From: Candidatus Micrarchaeia archaeon
Lineage (GTDB): Archaea; Micrarchaeota; Micrarchaeia; Burarchaeales; JAVZCV01
Assembly (NCBI GenBank): GCA_038874215.1
Contig: JAVZCV010000001.1
Location: 2,738-66,737, forward strand
Direction: 5' to 3'
DNA: 64,000 nt
The notes below the pieces were generated by a model. That model was not told the DNA's origin, searched no databases, and saw nothing but the letters and a program-made list of their open reading frames with translations. A program made the position numbers and the translations under genes. Positions 1 to 10,182 of the stretch are shown one piece after another (the stretch's first letter is position 1; each line of letters starts with the position of its first letter).

Positions 1-257
1 GTGAAAGTGAGAGGGAGATGAAAAGGAAGGCGATATTGCGCTATGTAGACCAGCTTGTCGGCGATCTGTCTGAACTGGCAGAGTATAGGGGGAAAGAGAA
101 ACTGAAGAAAATGCTTCTTCAATTAGTAGAAGAGAAGTATAGCAAAGCAGATGCTATAGACGAGGATGAAGTTGAAGAGGAGGTAGAGGAAATAGCGGGT
201 GAAGGAGAGCTTGAAGCTGAGGAGTATGATAGTGAGGAAAGGAGCGATGTTGAGTAG
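1..257 (+). CDS. top6B: DNA topoisomerase VI subunit B, C-terminal fragment (5' truncated by window)
   Basis: Frame is open from position 3. The KRKAILRYVDQLVGDLSEL helix plus acidic tail resembles a Top6B C-terminus, and it lies directly upstream of top6A. Confidence 0.65.
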   Translation, partial: ESEREMKRKAILRYVDQLVGDLSELAEYRGKEKLKKMLLQLVEEKYSKADAIDEDEVEEEVEEIAGEGELEAEEYDSEERSDVE

Positions 258-268
258 TAGGTGGTTTT

Positions 269-1366
269 GTGGGAAAAGAGGAAACGCTTGAAAAATTGAA
301 AGGGCTTGGAAAAAAGTTGGTTGATGAAGTTGAGAACCACAAATCGCCAACTTTTGAATGTCTTGTGAGGACAAAGAGCAATACGCATTACGATGAAAGT
401 GTTGGTTATATAACTCTTGGTGATAAGGTAGAAAAGAGGACTTTCGTGAATGTAGGGCAGGCAAAGAAGTTCATGCAGACTATAGCGATAGCCGCGAAAT
501 GCAAGAAGTTTCTTGAAGAAGATGCGCACACGAGCATAAGGGGCTTATTCTACCAGTTGAAGTTTACTCTTGGAGAAAATATAGACGAGGAATTGTTCTC
601 TGAGCAGACCGAATCAAACCCGCTTATAGAGGATTTAGAAGTAGCGCTTAATGTAAAAAGAGAGGATTTAAACCTCAATACGGATAGGAAGGGGGTTGTT
701 GCAGGTCCTATTGTTATACGGGATAGGTTTGCAGGTGAGGAAGTAATAATTGATGGGACTAAACAAGGGCGCAGCGGCTGGATGATACCGAGTGACGTGG
801 ATAACGGAATGGATTTTATAGAGATAAACGCGGACTATGTGCTAGTTGTGGAGAAGGATGCGCTCTGGCAGAGGCTAAACGAAGATAAGTTCTGGAAGAA
901 AGAGAACTGCATACTGATAACCCCAAAGGGGCAGGCATCCAGAGGTTGCAGAAGGCTTATAAGAAAACTGGCGAGCAAAAAACTTCCTGTTTACTGCTTT
1001 ACTGACTGCGATGCGTGGGGTTGGTATATATACTGGACGATAAAGACAGGTAGTATGAACTTAGCATATCTAGCACAGGACATAGCAACTCCAGAGGCGA
1101 AGTTCATAGGGGTTACTATGAAGGATATAAAGGATTACGAATTTCTGAAAAAGCTTACAATACGCGCGAAGGAGGTAGATTTGAAGAGAGCTGAGGAGAT
1201 GCTTTCTTATCCGTGGATAAACACGCATCCAGAATGGGTTGCAGAGTTAAAGCGAGTCATAGAAACGCAGAAGAAGCTTGAACAGGACGCACTCCAAGGC
1301 CCCAGATTATCTTTTGTTGGGGACTACCTGCGTGAAAAGATAGAGAGAGAAGATTTCTTGCCGTAG
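269..1366 (+). CDS. top6A: DNA topoisomerase VI subunit A
   Basis: SIRGLFY (catalytic Tyr), EQTESNPLIEDLE, VVEKDA TOPRIM motif, TDCDAWG, KLEQDAL. GTG start after GGTGG. Confidence 0.97.
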   Translation: MGKEETLEKLKGLGKKLVDEVENHKSPTFECLVRTKSNTHYDESVGYITLGDKVEKRTFVNVGQAKKFMQTIAIAAKCKKFLEEDAHTSIRGLFYQLKFTLGENIDEELFSEQTESNPLIEDLEVALNVKREDLNLNTDRKGVVAGPIVIRDRFAGEEVIIDGTKQGRSGWMIPSDVDNGMDFIEINADYVLVVEKDALWQRLNEDKFWKKENCILITPKGQASRGCRRLIRKLASKKLPVYCFTDCDAWGWYIYWTIKTGSMNLAYLAQDIATPEAKFIGVTMKDIKDYEFLKKLTIRAKEVDLKRAEEMLSYPWINTHPEWVAELKRVIETQKKLEQDALQGPRLSFVGDYLREKIEREDFLP

Positions 1367-1371
1367 GTGTT

Positions 1372-2694
1372 TTGTTGTATTCTTCATCAAGCCTTATTGC
1401 TCGGGCGAATAGGTACATGGACTCACTCACAATTACGAATAGTGTCTCTAGGCTTAGTAAGAGAATAGCGAAGCTCGTTGAACTAAAGAATGAGATGCTA
1501 CGTATGGGATTCAACACCCCGTTTCTAGGGCTTGTTGCCAGAACAAGGCGGGAGCTTGAAGAATCCTCGGAGCTGGAAGCGCTTGATTTGGCAAAACAGA
1601 TAGAGGCGATAACGAATCTCGCAAGCTTGAAAAAGATTACTTTGAACCGTGCGAGAATGGCACTCGCTGCGAACAGGCTGGCGTTAGAGATTTTGGAGAA
1701 CGGATTGTTAAGAGATGAATTGCTATCAGTTATGCCGCTTGACGGGAATTACATTGCAACCCTGGTAAATTCGGGTGAGCACGGAATATGCGCATATAGG
1801 GAGGTTATGGATATATTGGAGCAGAGGACGAACCCGAAAATGGTTGTTGATGTTGAAGTGGAGTATTATTTGGATGGGAAGAGGAGGAGGTCCAGACTTA
1901 AGATTGAATCTGGGAGGAAGGGAGCCGAGGAGCGTATTAGGGAAATATACGGAGATAATGCGATGATAGTCTCATCAAGAGTGGCAGTAGTATACGTCCC
2001 GCTCATAAAAAGAAGAAGCGTTCGCGTTTGCCTTGCGTGTTCATATGCGGCGATTGCATCTAAAAACGTGAAGATAGAGCCAAGCGATTTACTAAAAGAG
2101 TATTTTGGAGTAATGTCAAAATTTGGGCTTGAGAAAACGATACGGCTAGATGCCATAGATGACGAGGAAGAGAGGTATTCAGAAGCGAGGAAAATGCTTG
2201 GGGAAAAAGGATTGCTTGAAGAGGACGGTTCGGAAAGATTGAAAGCAGAACTTTTGAGGGAACTCTCACGATATAGGAACAGGCTTGCAGATGAGTGTAT
2301 AAGAAAGGCAAAGGATATGCTTGCTATGGATGTTTTCAGGCTCATGCTACGCTCTCGGAAAGCAAGGAGCAAGCTAAGAATTGAGCCGAAAGACAAATCG
2401 CAATTCGAGTTTCTTTCTGTTTTGAAAGAAGCTATCGGACTTGAAAATGCTCCCGCTGTAGTTTGGGATAAAATAAACGCAGAACACGTTTATGATAAAA
2501 TCAGGGTTAATGCCGATGCTTTCGGCGCCGCTTTTGTGTATCTTACTACTGATGTGAGTGCAGACTGGTGTACAAAATATCTGGGATGTGATAAGGATGA
2601 GATGATGCGCACTGCCGTCTCAATAGCACAGTTTGTGAATGCACGAGAGGATAAATTGAGTGAGTTGGGCGTGACGATACGGCATGGTGCATGA
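1372..2694 (+). CDS. Conserved archaeal protein, DUF530-like
   Basis: SSSLIARANRYMD N-terminus, LRMGFNTPF and KKITLNRARMALAA resemble DUF530. Co-oriented with top6A. Confidence 0.5.
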   Translation: MLYSSSSLIARANRYMDSLTITNSVSRLSKRIAKLVELKNEMLRMGFNTPFLGLVARTRRELEESSELEALDLAKQIEAITNLASLKKITLNRARMALAANRLALEILENGLLRDELLSVMPLDGNYIATLVNSGEHGICAYREVMDILEQRTNPKMVVDVEVEYYLDGKRRRSRLKIESGRKGAEERIREIYGDNAMIVSSRVAVVYVPLIKRRSVRVCLACSYAAIASKNVKIEPSDLLKEYFGVMSKFGLEKTIRLDAIDDEEERYSEARKMLGEKGLLEEDGSERLKAELLRELSRYRNRLADECIRKAKDMLAMDVFRLMLRSRKARSKLRIEPKDKSQFEFLSVLKEAIGLENAPAVVWDKINAEHVYDKIRVNADAFGAAFVYLTTDVSADWCTKYLGCDKDEMMRTAVSIAQFVNAREDKLSELGVTIRHGA

Positions 2695-3070
2695 TATGCT
2701 CGTTATAGAGGGAGGAAGGAATGAGATTTTTAGAAAGTTAAGGGAAGGGAAAAATGAAGAGGAAGTTCTGATTAAAGTAAAACCAAGCATGGCTCTCTTT
2801 ATGCAGATATTAAACATGACTTCGGCAAAAAGAATTTGCTGCACGCCGGGTATTTTTCGCACGATAAAACCATACGTATTGTCATATATGCGAGATAGGG
2901 GTATAAGCATAGAGAAGGTAGAAGTTTTAAGAAAGTCGAAATATGCAGGGATTATGAAGGAGATATGCAGAACTGATGTGGACGCAAAGTTTATCTCTAA
3001 AAAATATAGTGTCCCTCTTCGCACGGTTTACTATCACAGGAGAAGAAAGGCATGTCAGTCTCGTACGTAG
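2684..3070 (+). CDS. Hypothetical protein, DUF1699-like N-domain with C-terminal HTH-like segment
   Basis: EEVLIKVKPS...RTIKP...MRDRGISI; ISKKYSVPLRTVYYH is HTH-like. Start may be 2696. Confidence 0.45.
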   Translation: MVHDMLVIEGGRNEIFRKLREGKNEEEVLIKVKPSMALFMQILNMTSAKRICCTPGIFRTIKPYVLSYMRDRGISIEKVEVLRKSKYAGIMKEICRTDVDAKFISKKYSVPLRTVYYHRRRKACQSRT

Positions 3071-4383
3071 GAGCCATAAGGGCCTTTTCTGTATGTTGTT
3101 TCAAGACATTCTTTAACTTCTGGTATTTTTAGTATTGTTTCGCCCCAGACAAGCGTTAGCTCTCTTTTCTCGCATTTTTTTGTGAGAGGGCTGGCATCCC
3201 ATATTCCCTGTTCGAAGAGATATGTAAAGACCTGTATGTCGTTATACAGTACCTCCTTTCCCGCCATCATCGGATAATATGCGCCCTCAACAACCATTGG
3301 ATTTTCGAAATTTTTAACATAGATTATTTCGCTTTGGCATTGGGGGAGCGGTTTAAAAACGGGCGAGAAGCCTATCGCGTGAGTTATAAAGAGCAGTTGA
3401 GAGAGTATTAGGAATGCTGTAAAAAGCTTGTTGCCGTTCATTTTTTTATAGGAGATAGGAACCATAAGGCAGAGCGTTGCGAGAGGCTCCAGCCACTGAT
3501 TGTACGTCATTCCAGCTCTGCCCATCAATAGGATAGACAGATGGGAGACGAAAAAGTAAAGCGATAATAAAGATGCATCCCTTATTGTCAGGAAAGAAAT
3601 GACAAAGAGGGCGCCATATAGGCAGAGGTATTCCTTTGCGAACATCAGAGACCTGCTTAGGCTGAATGGTTGCATTAAGTTATAATAGAGGATATTTAGC
3701 GAAAACTTACCGTTTGTTATAAAATCTATCAGAATAAAGGTAGTTGTAAGGAAGAAAAGAAACAAGAAAACAAAGTAGAAAGCCTGCTTTCTATTTTTAA
3801 ATAGTAGGGATACGAAAATTCCGACGGGTGCTGCAAGGGCAGTTTGTTTTGTATAAAAAGCGGTTAGAAAAACGGGGATGGCAAGCATATACTTCTCATG
3901 CAAGGATAAGTGTATACCGAGAAGGGATAGGAGGAGGGCAAGCATATCCGGTCTGAATTGTGGACCCCACCATAAAACATGCGGCAAAGAAAAAAACAAT
4001 AAGGATGAAAAAGCCGCCGTCCTTCTGTCACCAGTTTTTGTTTTTATTATTAGATATAGAAGAAAACCTGATATTAGAGATGAAAGGAAGGAGAGTATTC
4101 TTCCCGCAGAAAGTGATAAGCCGAGGACTTTTATGCTAAACGCCGCCAATATGAAATAAAGGGGTGTGTAGAGCATTACTCTAAAAGGGTACTCATGTAT
4201 TTCCATGTAAATGGGTTTTCGTTCTAAAAACCTGTATGCGCTGTTGAGGTTTATCCCTTCAACATAATCAAGAGGACATTGGTGGAGTAGGAAAATTAGG
4301 GAGCTCGCATTGAAAAGAATAAAAGAAATGAATAAGATAAAAAACAGTAAATTGTTCAGAGTGGGGGGGTTTTTATTTTCCAA
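3055..4383 (-). CDS. Multi-pass GT-C glycosyltransferase (ArnT/PMT-like)
   Basis: Many TM helices; DYVEG, YTPLYF, GRILS, RPDMLALL and FYTKQT motifs. Coupled to the GT2 gene. Confidence 0.75.
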   Translation of the reverse strand: MENKNPPTLNNLLFFILFISFILFNASSLIFLLHQCPLDYVEGINLNSAYRFLERKPIYMEIHEYPFRVMLYTPLYFILAAFSIKVLGLSLSAGRILSFLSSLISGFLLYLIIKTKTGDRRTAAFSSLLFFSLPHVLWWGPQFRPDMLALLLSLLGIHLSLHEKYMLAIPVFLTAFYTKQTALAAPVGIFVSLLFKNRKQAFYFVFLFLFFLTTTFILIDFITNGKFSLNILYYNLMQPFSLSRSLMFAKEYLCLYGALFVISFLTIRDASLLSLYFFVSHLSILLMGRAGMTYNQWLEPLATLCLMVPISYKKMNGNKLFTAFLILSQLLFITHAIGFSPVFKPLPQCQSEIIYVKNFENPMVVEGAYYPMMAGKEVLYNDIQVFTYLFEQGIWDASPLTKKCEKRELTLVWGETILKIPEVKECLETTYRKGPYGSYVRD

Positions 4384-5083
4384 GAAGCCTCAACTCCACG
4401 AAAAGTTTTAGTAGATAGAAGGCGGTCGCCGGTATATCTTGTATGTAGCTGAAATTTGTATGCCTGCCTGCTGTCCATTTTATCGGTATCTCCACTATTT
4501 TCATGCCTGCTCTTCGTGCTCTTATGAAGACTTCGGCGTCCCAAGCAAGACCGTTGTTCTTTTCCAGACCCATTTCGGTTATTATTTTTAATATCGCATC
4601 TCTTTTGAAGGCCTTGAAACCGCATACGTGGTCTGTGAGATTTGTGGAGAAGAGAAATGCAACTATCTTGTTGTAAACATAGCTAATGAATTTTCGCTGG
4701 ATGCTCCGTTTTACAACAGAACCTTTTAACCATCTGCTACCCGTAGCTATGTCGGCTCCGTTCTTTATAGCCGAGACGAGAGTACCGAAATCGGATAGGT
4801 CGGTAGAGAGGTCAGCATCCATAAAAACCACTATTTCGCCATGGGTAGTGGGGATAACCTTGTTCAAGATTTTTCTTCTCGTTCTTTGCTCGTCGTTATT
4901 GAAGACGTATGTTCTTTGCCCAGCGTGCATTTTCGCAATCTCGGCGGTTCTGTCTGTGGAACCGTCGTTCGCTATTATGAGCTCGTATTCATAGCCGTTG
5001 CTTTCCAGGTAGGATTGGATGTGGTCAATAGTAGTACCGATTATTTTTTCCTCGTTATAAGCTGGGATTATAACGCTTATCAT
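4373..5083 (-). CDS. GT2 dolichyl-phosphate glycosyltransferase
   Basis: SVIIPAYNEE, NDGSTDRT, FMDADLS, TGSR, TDHVCGFKAF. Confidence 0.9.
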   Translation of the reverse strand: MISVIIPAYNEEKIIGTTIDHIQSYLESNGYEYELIIANDGSTDRTAEIAKMHAGQRTYVFNNDEQRTRRKILNKVIPTTHGEIVVFMDADLSTDLSDFGTLVSAIKNGADIATGSRWLKGSVVKRSIQRKFISYVYNKIVAFLFSTNLTDHVCGFKAFKRDAILKIITEMGLEKNNGLAWDAEVFIRARRAGMKIVEIPIKWTAGRHTNFSYIQDIPATAFYLLKLFVELRLLGK

Positions 5084-5150
5084 ATCAACCCGCGATGGCG
5101 TTCATCAGATAACACTTAAAATTCTTAGTAGTATAAAATAATAAAAAGCT

Positions 5151-5335
5151 GCCCTGATAGCTCAGTTGGTAGAGCGACTGGCTGTTAAACTTTGTAAAAA
5201 GTTTAACTAAAACGGGTACAGAAACCAGTAGGTCGGAGGTTCAAGATGAGGGCGGCGCTCTGCTCCTCCCTCATTCACCCAACCCCAAAATAAAGCTCTT
5301 GGCACGGTTGGGCTGTGAAAATCCTCCTCAGGGCG
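5151..5335 (+). tRNA. tRNA-Asn(GTT) with two introns (5188-5223 at 37/38; 5246-5321 at 59/60)
   Basis: Stems: acceptor GCCCTGA/TCAGGGC+G73, D GCTC/GAGC, anticodon ACTGG/CCAGT with CT-GTT-A|A, T GGAGG/CCTCC. BHB central helices are CTGT/ACAG and TTCA/TGAA, each with 3-nt bulges. Confidence 0.92.
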
Positions 5336-5342
5336 CTTTGAA

Positions 5343-6194
5343 TTAAAATGATTCGTGAGAGGACGCAGGGGTATTGTCCGAATACCCATCAAAGCCTTTG
5401 CTACTTTTTTGCGTATTTATAAAGCCTTTCATCGCTTCCAGAACCTCTATTGGTATAAGGAACACTATCGTATTGCTTTGGTCAGCAGATACGTCGGCAA
5501 GAGTCTGCAAAGTCCTGAGATGAAGAGCGCCAGGCACCTGCGAGAGAGTCGTAGCTGCATCTGCGAGGTTCTGCGCTGCTGCTTTTTCGCCGCTACTAAT
5601 TATTATGGTCGCACGCCTCTCACGCTCGGCTTCTGCCTGTCTCGCCATAGCTCGTTTCATGTCTGCTGGAAGCTCAATGTCCTGCACTTTTATACCCGTG
5701 ATATCAACGCCCCATTCAGTTGTTTCTTTGTCAACAAGCATCTTAATTTCATTTGCAACTTCCTCGCGGTTTGATAGGATAACGTCAAGTTCTTTGTTTC
5801 CAATCACATCACGAAGCGCAGTTTGGGCATACATTGAAACCGAATTCTTGTAGTCCTGTATTTTGAGAATGGCTTTCTCCACATCCTCAACACGGAAGAA
5901 AACAACGCCATTCACCATTACGGGTACATTGTCCTTAGTCATAACCTCTTGTTTGGGGATGTCAATAGACAGGATACGGGTGTCTATTTTGCGCATTTCC
6001 TGCAAAAAAGGTATTATGAAATGCAGGCCTGGATCAGCAATTCTCTGAAACTTGCCCAGAGTAAATACGATGCCTTTTTCGTACTGCATCACAATCCGTA
6101 CGAATAATGGGATGACAATAGTAAGGACAAAGAGGACAAACGGCAAGATGCCACAACAGAGGGAATCAGAAAGCGAGAATATCATTATGATCAC
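5343..6194 (-). CDS. SPFH/stomatin (band 7) membrane protein
   Basis: N-terminal TM, IPKQEVMTKDNV, AQTALRDVIG, RAMARQAEAERERRA, LHLRTLQTL. Confidence 0.95.
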   Translation of the reverse strand: MIIMIFSLSDSLCCGILPFVLFVLTIVIPLFVRIVMQYEKGIVFTLGKFQRIADPGLHFIIPFLQEMRKIDTRILSIDIPKQEVMTKDNVPVMVNGVVFFRVEDVEKAILKIQDYKNSVSMYAQTALRDVIGNKELDVILSNREEVANEIKMLVDKETTEWGVDITGIKVQDIELPADMKRAMARQAEAERERRATIIISSGEKAAAQNLADAATTLSQVPGALHLRTLQTLADVSADQSNTIVFLIPIEVLEAMKGFINTQKSSKGFDGYSDNTPASSHESF

Positions 6195-6236
6195 CGTAAT
6201 TTATCGATGAATTATTAAATAAAAATTTTTGGTGAG

Positions 6237-7055
6237 TTAGGAGTGATAGGATAACAGCTCTACAAGCCGTATAAAAACTCTCTCTGGGAGAACTCTGCGC
6301 ATAAGTAGAAGGAGAGTCGTGTCGATGCCTACAGGATAGCGCAATCGCCAGTTTTTATCATTAGCCGCGCGAAATATCGTTTTTGCGACGTCGCGCGGGT
6401 GGGAGGAACCCCACGTATACTTGCCTATTCGTTTAATTCTTTTTTCTAAAAGATTTTCGTATTGTGGTATGTTGCATTTTACAAAATCCATTGAGTTATG
6501 GAAGTTTGTTCTTGCCAGGCCCGGTTCTACTATTTTTACACGTATGTTAAATGGCTTCAATTCAAAGTAGAGGGATTCACTTAAACCCTCAACCGCCCAT
6601 TTCGTGCTGTAGTAAAGGCTTAGGAAAGGCGCTACTGCCGCCATGCCGCCAACAGATGATACCATTATGATTGTGCCATCCCCTCGTTCTCTCATGCGGG
6701 GGATAACCTCGCGTGTAACCGCCATAAGCCCAAATAGGTTGGTTTCAAACTGTTTTCTTATCTGTTCTTCGGTTGCGGCTTCAAAAGGACCGAAAACAGC
6801 ATAGCCCGCATTATTTACTATTGTGTCTATCCTACCGTAGGTTTCTATTGTATATTTGACAGCATCCCGTATTGATTTCTTATCAGTAACGTCTAGGGGA
6901 ATTATTTCTATGTTTGGCTTATTGTTAAGCCCATGGTCTCGGCTTTTAGGATTGCGCATCGTTGCGAGCACATTCCAGCCTTTTTCTGAAAAATAGAGAG
7001 CTGTTTCTCTTCCTATTCCTGATGATGAGCCAGTAATCATAACTGTTTTTTTCAT
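6237..7055 (-). CDS. Short-chain dehydrogenase/reductase
   Basis: TGSSSGIG, NNAGY, YYSTK (YxxxK). Confidence 0.95.
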   Translation of the reverse strand: MKKTVMITGSSSGIGRETALYFSEKGWNVLATMRNPKSRDHGLNNKPNIEIIPLDVTDKKSIRDAVKYTIETYGRIDTIVNNAGYAVFGPFEAATEEQIRKQFETNLFGLMAVTREVIPRMRERGDGTIIMVSSVGGMAAVAPFLSLYYSTKWAVEGLSESLYFELKPFNIRVKIVEPGLARTNFHNSMDFVKCNIPQYENLLEKRIKRIGKYTWGSSHPRDVAKTIFRAANDKNWRLRYPVGIDTTLLLLMRRVLPERVFIRLVELLSYHS

Positions 7056-7103
7056 AAGTTAATGTAGACCGTAAGATTTAAAGTTTGGTGATAGTGCGGG
7101 TTG

Positions 7104-7409
7104 CTACTGACGGCAGGAATCTTCAACCCATTTAGAGAACTCGCGGCTTGCAGTAACAGGTATGAATATTATGGCGGGTAGTTGGTAGGGATGCAGTTGT
7201 TTTAATCTATTTTCCACCAATGCTTTTTTATTGCGCGAGGTTTTGCAGAGAAGCACAAACTCTGGCTCACGTTTTAGCTTTTTCTCCCAGACATATAGTG
7301 AAGTGATTTCAAAGATGTTTGCACACGCAACCATCTTTTCTTTAAGAAGCTGTTGGGCGATTTTCTCCGCATCCCTTCTTTTTGGAAGTGTTGTATAGAC
7401 GAGTAGCAT
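7104..7409 (-). CDS. cutA: Divalent-cation tolerance protein CutA
   Basis: VACANI, SLYVWE, LHPYQLPAII. Likely start is MLLVYTT at 7409. Confidence 0.9.
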   Translation of the reverse strand: MLLVYTTLPKRRDAEKIAQQLLKEKMVACANIFEITSLYVWEKKLKREPEFVLLCKTSRNKKALVENRLKQLHPYQLPAIIFIPVTASREFSKWVEDSCRQ

Positions 7410-7474
7410 AAACCGATATAGATTTTGTTTATTAAATTTTCTCCGTGAGCTAATAGGTTTGGGTGGTGTATTGC

Positions 7475-8245
7475 ATGGATTCGCCGTTGAGAAAGTTTTC
7501 GGGTATAATATTGGATCTGGATGGGGTAGTTTATCGCGGTAACACGCCCGTGAAGGGAGTGCCCGATGCAATAAACAAAGCGATTAGGGATGGTAAAGAG
7601 GTTTTTTTCTTAACGAACTTATCGGCTCGCACAAGGCGCCAGTATGCAATAAAACTGCGACGCATGGGGGTAGAAGCAAGCGAGAATCAAATATACAGCT
7701 CTGCTTATGGAGCGGCATCTTATATAACTTCTATTAAGAGGAATCCAAGAGTTTTTGTTGTTGGGGAAGACGGATTGAAGAAAGAGCTTATGAAAGCAGG
7801 GGCGGTGATGTGCAAGGAGAAAACTGATTTTGTGGTAGTTGGGCTTGACAGAAAGCTGACTTATGAAAAGTTGAGGATTGCGATGGGGGAGATAAGGAGG
7901 GGAGCGCGTTTTGTGGCAACGAACACAGATCCGACTTACCCAATAGAGAATGGGCTGATACCCGGTGCGGGTGCGGTTGTTAGCGCTGTAGAAACCTGCG
8001 CAGGAATGAAGCCCGAGCTCATAGCGGGAAAACCCAACACGTTTTTGATTAACCTTATAATTAAGAAAAGCGGTCTGAAGAAGAGCGAATGCATTATGGT
8101 TGGGGATAGGATTGGGAGCGATGTGATTGCGGGAAAAAGGGCAGGTATCTCAACTATGCTCGTCTTTAGCGGAATTGACACAAGAGATGCTCTCCACAAA
8201 TCCAAGATAAAACCCGATTATGTTGCTGAGAGAGTATACTATTGA
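7475..8245 (+). CDS. HAD-IIA hydrolase (NagD-like)
   Basis: DLDGVVY, LTN, GKP, MVGDRIGSDV. Confidence 0.93.
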   Translation: MDSPLRKFSGIILDLDGVVYRGNTPVKGVPDAINKAIRDGKEVFFLTNLSARTRRQYAIKLRRMGVEASENQIYSSAYGAASYITSIKRNPRVFVVGEDGLKKELMKAGAVMCKEKTDFVVVGLDRKLTYEKLRIAMGEIRRGARFVATNTDPTYPIENGLIPGAGAVVSAVETCAGMKPELIAGKPNTFLINLIIKKSGLKKSECIMVGDRIGSDVIAGKRAGISTMLVFSGIDTRDALHKSKIKPDYVAERVYY

Positions 8246-8249
8246 GGGA

Positions 8250-8663
8250 TTAGCCTGCCTTGAGCTCCTTCAGCTTCTCTTCTAGAGCCTGAAGTTGTTT
8301 GTTCATCTTTTCTATTCCCCTTCTTATGCCCGCTATCTCAAATGAAATTGTTTGAAGATAGACCTTGTCGGGTATTTTCGGTTTTGGGAGTTCTATTATT
8401 GTACCTACGGATTTAGGTTCCGTAGGCTCCGCGCTAATTGCGGCTTTATCAGTAGGGGTTTTTGGTTGCTCTTTCGCCTCTTTTTTAAGAGCTTTTTTCG
8501 CTTCTTTAACCCATTTTCGTATTATTTTAAAGGAGGAGTACTTGTGCTTGCCTGTCTTTTTGCCTATAAGTTCCCTAAGAAGTTTTAACTTTTCAAGATT
8601 TATCGTTTCGCCTTCCCATTCCTTTAGCTTCGCCTTAACGAGAGGTAAGATTTCATCTTCCAT
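8250..8663 (-). CDS. Hypothetical protein with C-terminal coiled coil
   Basis: Lys/Glu-rich ORF with an upstream GGTGGG SD-like motif. Confidence 0.6.
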   Translation of the reverse strand: MEDEILPLVKAKLKEWEGETINLEKLKLLRELIGKKTGKHKYSSFKIIRKWVKEAKKALKKEAKEQPKTPTDKAAISAEPTEPKSVGTIIELPKPKIPDKVYLQTISFEIAGIRRGIEKMNKQLQALEEKLKELKAG

Positions 8664-8731
8664 TCGCCCACCTTCCGACTACTGCGTATATCCAACCATG
8701 GTCTTTTTAATCAATTATGCATCTTATCCTT

Positions 8732-9433
8732 TTATAACTTCTGTTTTTCATCGGCTTCTATATATTCGCAAGTAAGCAGACGGCGTATGAGCTTCGCACG
8801 CTTTCTCCCCAGGCCGTCAACCGCCATAAGCTCTTTCTCGCTTGCCTTGAATATATTTTCAACAGTGCCGAAATGCATGAGGAGCTTCCGAGCGAGGGTT
8901 GGACCGACTAAAGGCAACCCCTCAACTATCATCTGCTGGTATTGAGGGATGGTAAGAGCTTTCTTATCCCCACGTAATCTGACGGGTGTGCGCTTTTCAG
9001 TCTGCTCTCTCTTCGCTATGGCAAACAAAAGTTCGGCTGTTCTTTCCGTATTTCTTGTGAAAATTAGTGATACCCCGATATCAACAATCATTGCTGAAAG
9101 AGCACCGAGAAGAGCGTTTCTGCTCAAACGATTTTCAAATTTTTCTCCCTCTACAACGAGGATTACGCAATCAAAGTTGGATTTTAGGCGCGTCAATTGT
9201 TCAAAAATCCTACCGTCTATTATTGATGATTCAAAGTCTTCTCGTGTTTTCCTCTCAACCGCTACTCTTTCGGAGAGCAGATAATCGCCAGCGGGGAGGC
9301 TTTCGGATTTTACGACTGCACCCCCAGCAACCAACATGTCTTTGATTTCCTGCGGCTCCCGAACATCCATAAGGATTGTTATCTGAGGTGGATTATCTCC
9401 GATAAACCTTTGTAGGCATGTTTGTTTTGACAT
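8732..9433 (-). CDS. xpf: Stand-alone XPF/ERCC4 structure-specific endonuclease with HhH
   Basis: DVRE, GDYLLS, VERKT, SIIDGR, two HhH motifs (LPLVGP, VDGLG). Confidence 0.92.
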   Translation of the reverse strand: MSKQTCLQRFIGDNPPQITILMDVREPQEIKDMLVAGGAVVKSESLPAGDYLLSERVAVERKTREDFESSIIDGRIFEQLTRLKSNFDCVILVVEGEKFENRLSRNALLGALSAMIVDIGVSLIFTRNTERTAELLFAIAKREQTEKRTPVRLRGDKKALTIPQYQQMIVEGLPLVGPTLARKLLMHFGTVENIFKASEKELMAVDGLGRKRAKLIRRLLTCEYIEADEKQKL

Positions 9434-10182
9434 TATCTAACCCCAAGCATGTATTTTTGTATTTCTTCAAAACTTATGCTACAACCAGCGAATTTTAAGC
9501 GATAGAGCGAAGCTTCTATTATTTCGCGCGCAAGGTCCCCATAATCATCAAAGAAACCATGCTCGTATGCAACAATCAAAAGCTCGCTACTGCGGAATAT
9601 GTTAATATCGCCAAACTCCCTTTGGAATTTCCTCAGGTTCTCATGGTTGATTTGCACTTTATGCCCAAATTCTTTTTCTAGGTGTTCGGCAAGGCTGTAG
9701 GGGTCTTCTACAAGTATCCGCGTTGTACGCTCGTCCATGAGTATGTTTTTTGTGCCGATTATGCGGGAAAGCGCAAGCATCTCCCCCTCGCCTTTATGAA
9801 GAATCTTCATCGGCTTCCCTTTTATGAAGAATATTCGGTTGGCAACATCAACTACCTTACTGGTGGCACGCTGAATTTCTGGGTGCTCAACAACATGAAT
9901 TGCTCCGCTGTCAAGCGCTTTTTTAAGCCGAATTGCACTCAGCGCATATTCTTTTATTTCTCTTGGATGCTCTATGCATTCGTAGAGAACGCTCTTGGGT
10001 ATCAGCAGCCTACCCTGCAGATACTCTGGAATTTTCATTATTAGCTCTGTGAAGCATGCCTCTGTCAGCGAGATGAGTGAGCTTGAGTCGCATACTACAT
10101 CGTAATCTCGCCATGGCATGTATTTTTGAAGTTTTTCCGTTTGGTTTTGAAAGCTATTTCTTTCTAAATAGTTCTCGGACAT
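9433..10182 (-). CDS. PIN-domain protein
   Basis: VVCDSSSLI, HKGEGEMLAL, LMDERTTR. Confidence 0.75.
   Translation of the reverse strand: MSENYLERNSFQNQTEKLQKYMPWRDYDVVCDSSSLISLTEACFTELIMKIPEYLQGRLLIPKSVLYECIEHPREIKEYALSAIRLKKALDSGAIHVVEHPEIQRATSKVVDVANRIFFIKGKPMKILHKGEGEMLALSRIIGTKNILMDERTTRILVEDPYSLAEHLEKEFGHKVQINHENLRKFQREFGDINIFRSSELLIVAYEHGFFDDYGDLAREIIEASLYRLKFAGCSISFEEIQKYMLGVR

Noticed and set aside
5207-5392. 61-aa minus-strand ORF
   Set aside because: Overlaps the tRNA-Asn gene.
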